64,000 bases of DNA from Octopus vulgaris. Lineage: Eukaryota. The stretch lies in assembly GCA_951406725.2 (NCBI GenBank), contig OX597833.1, forward strand, positions 21,514,001-21,578,000, given 5' to 3'. A model generated the notes under the pieces. That model saw nothing but the letters and a program-made list of their open reading frames with translations, was not told the origin of the DNA and did no database searches. Of the stretch, positions 57,921 through 64,000 are shown in pieces. The position numbers and the translations under genes are program-made. Each line of letters begins with the position of its first letter. Within the stretch, counting starts at the first letter, position 1.

Positions 57921-58382
57921 TACAGGGTTATTAAAAACAAAAATAGCGTTGTAGTCTCATGATCTCCTTGAGTTATAGAGGGTTGCGACGGACTGTCAGA
58001 TGGGTGCAATGGAGTGACAGAAACGAAAGAGCATGCTTTTAATGATCATTTCTTAAGTATGTGTCGCAACGGTATCCGATTCTATTGAGCGGATCAACAA
58101 CATCACGATGATATGAGATCGTATTGGGTCCTGAGCGTGAAGCAGGATTTTCTTAATCGTTCGTTACTCCGCCTTCAACGAATGTGAGAAGTCATTGAAG
58201 ATCGTTCTTGAGAGGTTTAATAACTTCTTGAGAGGGGCTCAAAACTTTCTGAGTGAAGCCCCTTGTGGGCAGTAAAAGAAATATGGAACGAAAGAGCATC
58301 GGACTAAATGTGTTGCTGTATTTAGATTCAATTTTCTGCCAATCCTAAGTTCAAATCTTCAGTTTCGTCTTTCGTCTCATTA

Positions 58383-58738
58383 AAGGCGGCGAGCTGGCAG
58401 AATCGTTAGCACGCCGGGCGAAATACTTAGCGGTATTTCGTCTGCGGCTACGTTCTGAGTTCCAATTCCGCCGAGGTTTACTTTGCCTTTCATCCTTTCG
58501 GGGTCGATTAAATAAGTACCAGTTACGCACTGGGGTCGATGTAATCGACTCTATCCGTTTGTCTGTCCTTGTTTGTCCTCTCTGTGTTTGGCCCCTTGTG
58601 GGTTGTAAAGAAATAGGTATTTCGTCTGCCGCTACGTTCTGTGTTCAAATTCCGCTGAGGTCGACTTTGCCTTTCATCCTTTCGGGGTCGATTAAATAAG
58701 TACCAGTTACGCACTGGGGTCGATGTAATCGACTTAAC
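58383..58738 (+). mobile_element. Dimeric SINE family A
   Basis: Same AAAGAAATAGGTATTTCGTC junction as in 27574-27991. Confidence 0.82.
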
Positions 58739-58942
58739 TACTCCTGAGTAACAGTATAAAAACTGTACCTTCTGCTGAGCCATGTCATGCTAGTGTGACA
58801 AAGTAGGCTCATGAAATCAGTATCATCTCAAACTCAAATTCACAGCCTCCGCATCGAATCGTGGTTGGTGGAGAGAACATGCTGAGGTCTTCGTCCTGCA
58901 GAGAACTGAACATGTGTAATCCAATCCAGTCGATATAAAATA

Positions 58943-59128
58943 CCGTATTTATTCGTGTATATGTTGCAATATTTTCTACTTGATTTTAACTGAAAAGAAA
59001 AACTGGGGTTCAACTTATATATGGAGCAAAGGTAAAACTATGAAAGGGAAATTTTTTTTATCAAGATTTAACCTTAAATTAGGGGTGTGACTTATGCATG
59101 GGTGCGAGTTATACACGAGTAAATACGG
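58943..59128. mobile_element. pogo/Tc-type MITE
   Basis: TIRs CCGTATTTATTCGTGTATA / TATACACGAGTAAATACGG with a TA TSD on both sides. Confidence 0.82.
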
Positions 59129-59868
59129 TAAGTAACAGAAATTGGTTCAATCTACTGCAGTCTTTTTCCCCCACAAGGTTGTGATTGGGGTAGGGACAAA
59201 TAGGAGAAATCAATTTAAGCAAATCAGCGGGTAGCTAGCAATTGGTGGTAGTGGTGGCGCTGGTAGTTTTGTTATCCCTCAAATTCACTCTGATCGAGAA
59301 AAAAATCATTCAAGTCGTGATCTTTTTTTGTTTCTCTTTTCTAAGTGCGGAGAACCCAACATATGATCCAACATATTCTTTTCTAAGCCGGTAGGGTGTG
59401 ATTTAAAGAAAAATTGGCTGTTGTTTCTAGTAGGTGGAACGACCTTATATATGCTCCTTCGTTAGCTTGATGGGCACTGCTCTCTCTGCCAGGACTGTGA
59501 CATAGTTTCGATTTTTTTTTTGTAGCATATTTCACACACAAGTTAATCTCACCTTGGTAATATCTGTAACTTTTGTACAAAAGAAATAGGACTGGCGGCT
59601 CAACAGATTCACAAAAACTCGTATCCTTCGCTAAGTCTGTCAACAAACAGTTACAGCCAGAAAAATTACTATGTTGAATTTGAACTTAGAACTCTTTGTT
59701 TTATATATATATATATATATAAAGACCTAAGATTTATTATATATATGTGTGTGTGCGTGTGTGTTTGTACGTACATGTGTAGTTTTGTGTGTCTTAGACT
59801 CGTCCAAATTATATTAATAAAGTGATCCGCCAGAAATAATTACATTATATACGTTACGGATTAGCAAG

Positions 59869-59883
59869 GACTAAATTTCGCAG
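59869..59883 (+). promoter_or_regulatory. Candidate 3' splice acceptor upstream of the HORMA ORF
   Basis: GACTAAATTTCGCAG is a branch-point-like CTAA followed by TTTCGCAG, ending 24 nt before the ATG. The polypyrimidine tract is short. Confidence 0.35.
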
Positions 59884-59907
59884 ATTTGTTGCCGCGTTGG
59901 AATTAAC

Positions 59908-61071
59908 ATGGATGAACAGGCCCCTTGGTTTAAATTTGAGAACGCGAACAAAACCCTAGAAACCAAAAAATATCATCTTAACATTGAGGTTCCTGTCAAT
60001 CATGTTGGCGTTGTTTTATTGTCTGTCCTAGAAATGCTTTTGAATATGAGATCTGAAGGCAAACGCATCCTGTCTGAAAATACCGAGTATACTACATCAT
60101 TGAAAAAAGTGACTGAACAGAAAACAGTACCCCCTACTGCGTTTACCTACGAGGCAATTGCCAACCCCATTTTCTCGGCTGTTCTTAAATATATTGCCAA
60201 CGAGTTTAAAAGAAATATTCGGGACAGAAATGCCATCACTGAAGATAATATATATGTAAATTTCTATTTCCTCCTCCCTCACGAAGAAGTATTCGTTTGG
60301 GAAACTTGGGTTATTAAAGTGATTCTAAAACCTAAGACTCTTGCTGAAATTGAAGAGAATTTAAAAGAGTTGTCGAATTTGATCTTTCAACGCGTGTTAC
60401 CGCCTTTCCCGTTTACTTATCCACTTAAATCCTGCCCGAATACCTTTCAAACCAAACTTGATGAAGCTTGGCCATACTGTGTTTACTTTCGACAAGGCAA
60501 CAATGATCCTTCTGATCACTCTCTCACCTTGACTATAAACACTGAAAACGTGTATAAAGTCTTAAACATAGTCTTTGAGTGTATTCTATGTGTACGGACT
60601 GCAGCCAAGTTGATTCTTTCGGGTGAAAACGATTACAAATATGGCTCTAAATCTATTTGTAAAGAATATGTTCCGGATCTTGATATTTCTTATCACAGAA
60701 TACAATGTTCAGATCTCAAAAATTCATTAAAACTCCAGGCTGTCAACTGTCAAGTGTTTATAGAACTTCAGAAACCTTTATCGAAAGTTGTTACAGTTTT
60801 CATGAGTTTTTATCGGCTTCAAGAGACGGACAGTGGAAGTACAATTCGGAGTATCTGTGAAAAGTGGAAGATCGACTGTATAATCAAGGATTTAGAGAAC
60901 ATTACAACTAACATCAAAGACCAACTTGAGAAAGCGTTTAATTATATCGACCGCGCTAAATTTCCAAATTCGCTAAGAGTGCCCACAGATGTTAAATATG
61001 ACCAATTGCATAAACATTTTTTAACAACGCTAAACGCTTGTTCTCCGTACTTGTTCTATATTCATTTTTAG
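59908..61071 (+). CDS. Tandem double-HORMA, ATG101-like protein (387 aa, uninterrupted ORF)
   Basis: This is the only long, non-repetitive intact ORF in the window. Residues ~21-195 and ~203-387 each align by eye with ATG101 as I recall it. LNIEVPVNHVGVVLLSVLEMLLNMRSEGK and LTLTINTENVYKVLNIVFECILCVRTAAK match [35 protein letters not shown]..EFK and LDISYHRIQCSDL match IDFTYVRVSSEEL. VNFY and MSFY match LEFY. VWETWVIKV and ICEKWKID match PWEVWTVKV. TFQTKLDEAWPY and HFLTTLNACSPYLFYIHF match VFDTGLRDVQPYLYKISF. There is an in-frame TAA at 59872 upstream and AATAAA downstream. Confidence 0.85.
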   Translation: MDEQAPWFKFENANKTLETKKYHLNIEVPVNHVGVVLLSVLEMLLNMRSEGKRILSENTEYTTSLKKVTEQKTVPPTAFTYEAIANPIFSAVLKYIANEFKRNIRDRNAITEDNIYVNFYFLLPHEEVFVWETWVIKVILKPKTLAEIEENLKELSNLIFQRVLPPFPFTYPLKSCPNTFQTKLDEAWPYCVYFRQGNNDPSDHSLTLTINTENVYKVLNIVFECILCVRTAAKLILSGENDYKYGSKSICKEYVPDLDISYHRIQCSDLKNSLKLQAVNCQVFIELQKPLSKVVTVFMSFYRLQETDSGSTIRSICEKWKIDCIIKDLENITTNIKDQLEKAFNYIDRAKFPNSLRVPTDVKYDQLHKHFLTTLNACSPYLFYIHF

Positions 61072-61330
61072 ACATTTTCGAGGCGAAAAATAATTTTGAA
61101 ATGCTTCCTTCTGACTCGACTTCAAATTCAGGAAAAATGTTTTAGCCCTTTTTGTATAAAGATTAAAATTTTTAATTTTTAAAAGAAAATTTTTAAACAT
61201 TTTCTCGTTTAAAATATAAATGGCAGTGATTAAAATTTTTATTCTTCCGGTGATTTAAATCTATCCAATTATACCTCTGTAAGTACCCCAGCTCTTAAAT
61301 ATTATGCTAATCTAAAGCCAGCTCTTCACA

Positions 61331-61344
61331 AATAAATTAATAAA
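61331..61344 (+). promoter_or_regulatory. Tandem AATAAA polyadenylation signals of the HORMA gene
   Basis: AATAAA at 61331 and 61339, about 260 nt after the stop codon, followed by T-rich sequence. The AT-rich background makes chance matches possible. Confidence 0.45.
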
Positions 61345-61814
61345 TATATATTTATGATCGTCGTTTTTGTAACTTCATGTCCTACATCAGTATAACTATT
61401 AATTGGTAATATCCCTTTTACTATAACCGCATATCACATGTAACTACAGTGAAGCTCTTCAAATTCTAGGACTGTGTAGATTGTTCTATTAAGCCAAGGT
61501 AAGCAGACTGATCTTGTAACTGAAATTAGTCAAAGTGCTTCGAAGATGTCTCATTGCAGTGGGTATAATTTCTTCCACTAACATAAAATAACGAAACTAC
61601 AAATTTGTATATTCTATTGCCCAATCATAGCCTAACTTGTATTCATTTGGTTAAATGATTGGTTACGTACAAATGTTTGGACAAAATGCATTTCGAAACG
61701 TTTTAAACAGAGTTGCAAGTTCGGTTCTACTCCAAATCTGAAATTTTTTTTTTTCAAAATGGCAGAGGTTTTTCTGTCGAGAGTTTAGGTGTCTTGTGTT
61801 TGTGTGTATTGATA

Positions 61815-62073
61815 CCTAGAAAGTTACCCTCCCAGGCACAAGTCCGGGCAAGGTTGTTTATGGAAGACCAGCAGTCGCCTATGCATACCGGCCTCTCCTC
61901 TCCGTGCTACCAGTGTTATCCAAGGGAAAGGCAAAGGCTGATACAACTAGGCACCTGTGACATCGCAACTCATTTCTACAGCTGAGTGAACTGGAGCAAC
62001 GCGAAATAGTGTTTTGCTCAAGAACACAACACGCAGCTCGGTCCGGGATTCGAACTCACAACCTCACGATCGT
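61815..62073 (-). mobile_element. SINE family D, partial
   Basis: Reverse complement of about 26385-26645. Confidence 0.78.
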
Positions 62074-62139
62074 AATATATATAATTTCTCAATCTTCATC
62101 CAGGAGAGCTGAAATATCAGTCACAAGCATACTGTTGCA

Positions 62140-62362
62140 AACTCTAACTTTCGCAGGCCAGGAGGAGGTCAAAACAGAGTTCTTCGCTTTGAAACCAAAA
62201 GGTGTTTTACATTGATGGGATTAGAAAGCTTGTAAATAGATGGAAGAAAGTCATAGATAATCAGGGAAAGTACATTGATGATAAAATTTCAATTAAATAT
62301 AACATTTGACCACTTGTTTTCTTTATTCAAAATTCAGACAAAACTTATGGAATGACCTCAGA
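62140..62362 (+). mobile_element. Mariner 3' end remnant
   Basis: FFALKPK / FYIDGIRKLVNRWKKVIDNQGKYIDD followed by TIR-like CAAAACTTATGGAATGACCT. Confidence 0.65.
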
Positions 62363-62987
62363 TATATATATATATATATATATATATAGATATATATATA
62401 TATATATGAGAGATCAATAAGGAAAAGGAAGGATCAATAGATGGTTCATCAACTTTTAGAAATTATATTATGTCAACTTATTTATTTATCTATTTTCTAA
62501 AATGACAATTACAAGAATATACATACATGTATAACATTATGCTTTACATTTAAAATATATAAAGGTACCAGTAATTATTAAAATATAACATACAGGAATA
62601 CGCGAAAACAGAAGAGCACAACCACACACTTATGAACACGCACACTTACATGCATACACACACACACACACAGAGTAGATGGCACATACATAAGTAAACC
62701 CAAATCTACGCACATGCACACAGGCATAAGACTAGTTCTCAGACATACTGAAAGCACACATTGAAGAATGAGGATATGGCATTGACGACGACGTGAATAG
62801 CGACGAAAGGACTCTGACAGAAAACAAACAACCAATGGATAGTTAGCTGGTAAAATAAAGAAGTGGTATTGAACCAGTGCGTGTTTGTTGTTATTGGCGT
62901 AATGACCCTCCATAGATACAATATTCACATCAAGAATCTTGCATTTTAAATCCCGGGATTTAAAATGTCTTTTACGTTGTATATATA

Positions 62988-63866
62988 CGAGGGGGTACCC
63001 AAAGTAACCGGAAACGTTCTCTGTGGGACAAGCCCGTTGTACTTCAGGTTTCCACCGCTAAAAGTCACTTAATGCAATCCTCAGGCATCAGTCTACCGAA
63101 AGGCGTTGTCCCTTTAGGTGCGACTCTGTTTTGCAGTACTTCTACCCTGTTTGTCGATTTTTGCGATGGCTGAAACGAAGGAAGAGCGTGCTTCTGTGAA
63201 ATTCTGTTTTCTACTGGGGAAAACGGCGGTCGAAACAGTTGTCATGCTTCAAACAGCTTACAAGGACTCTGTCATAAGCAAAACACAAGTATACGAGTAG
63301 TTTCCACGCTTTAGGAATGGTTACTTGTCGATTGAAGACCAACCTCGTTCAGGGCGACCGCCGACCTCCCAAACGAATGAAAACGTCATAAAAATTCATG
63401 AAGTGATGTTGGAGAACCGTCATCGGACAATTCATGAACTTGTTGATATGGGTGGTGTGTCCTGGAGCTCATGCCAACGAATCTTGAGCGAGGAATTGCG
63501 AATGAAAAGAGATGCAGCAAAATTTGTGCTTCACTTGCTCTCGGAAGATCAAAAACAGTCACGACTGAATGCGTGTCGGGAACTGCTTCGAACAGTTGAA
63601 AGCTGATCTGGACCCTTCTTTCGAAAGTTATCGCTGGTGAGAAAAGCTGTGGCTAACGGAATTTGCAGATGTGCAAGAGGTGAAGAAAAAAAAATCGACG
63701 GAGGAGTTAAAAGGCATTACTTCACAAGAGTTCCAGGACTGCTTCGAACAGTGGATCGATACATTGCTCCAAATGGAGAATATTTTGAAAGTGATAAGAA
63801 TGTAAACATGTAAAACTAAATGAATAAAATATTGCAAAATTCCGGTTTCTTTTGGGTACCCCCTCG
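62988..63866 (+). mobile_element. Internally deleted mariner transposon
   Basis: TIRs CGAGGGGGTACCCAAAGTAACCGGAA / TTCCGGTTTCTTTTGGGTACCCCCTCG. Transposase remnants run from the ATG at 63166 (VKFCFLLGKTAVET, DQPRSGRP, FVLHLL, C-terminal GEYFE), with stops and the catalytic core deleted. Confidence 0.9.
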
Positions 63867-64000
63867 TGTGTATGTCTATATATATATATATAATTATTAT
63901 TATTATTATAGATACAGGGTAAAGAATTATTAATTTAATAATTAATAATTTTACCAAATAGTTCGGTATGGAAAAAAAAAACCATTATCAGTAGAAGCTT

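Noticed and set aside
59908-61071. Assigning the symbol ATG101
   Set aside because: The protein is too divergent, doubled and lacks the WF finger, so orthology cannot be shown from this sequence alone.

Overview
AT-rich, repeat-dominated eukaryotic genomic DNA. It is inferred to be cephalopod (octopus-like) from the dense (TA)n/(TACA)n/(TAA)n microsatellites and the recurrent tRNA-derived SINE families. Almost all ORFs in the six-frame track are microsatellite or SINE artefacts. One convincing intact protein-coding ORF is present: 59908-61071 (+, 387 aa). By manual motif alignment it consists of two tandem, divergent ATG101-like HORMA domains, both lacking the WF finger; this is the most notable finding. 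There is also one tRNA-Asp(GTC) gene. The rest is mobile DNA: several SINE families (including nested insertions and multimers), decayed pogo/Tigger and mariner transposons, MITEs, a head-to-tail Helitron dimer, a solo LTR, R4/Dong-like LINE fragments in (TAA)n, several Penelope-type hammerhead-ribozyme-like motifs and a 272-bp foldback palindrome. Family names come from recalled motifs, not database searches; SINE labels A-D are my own.
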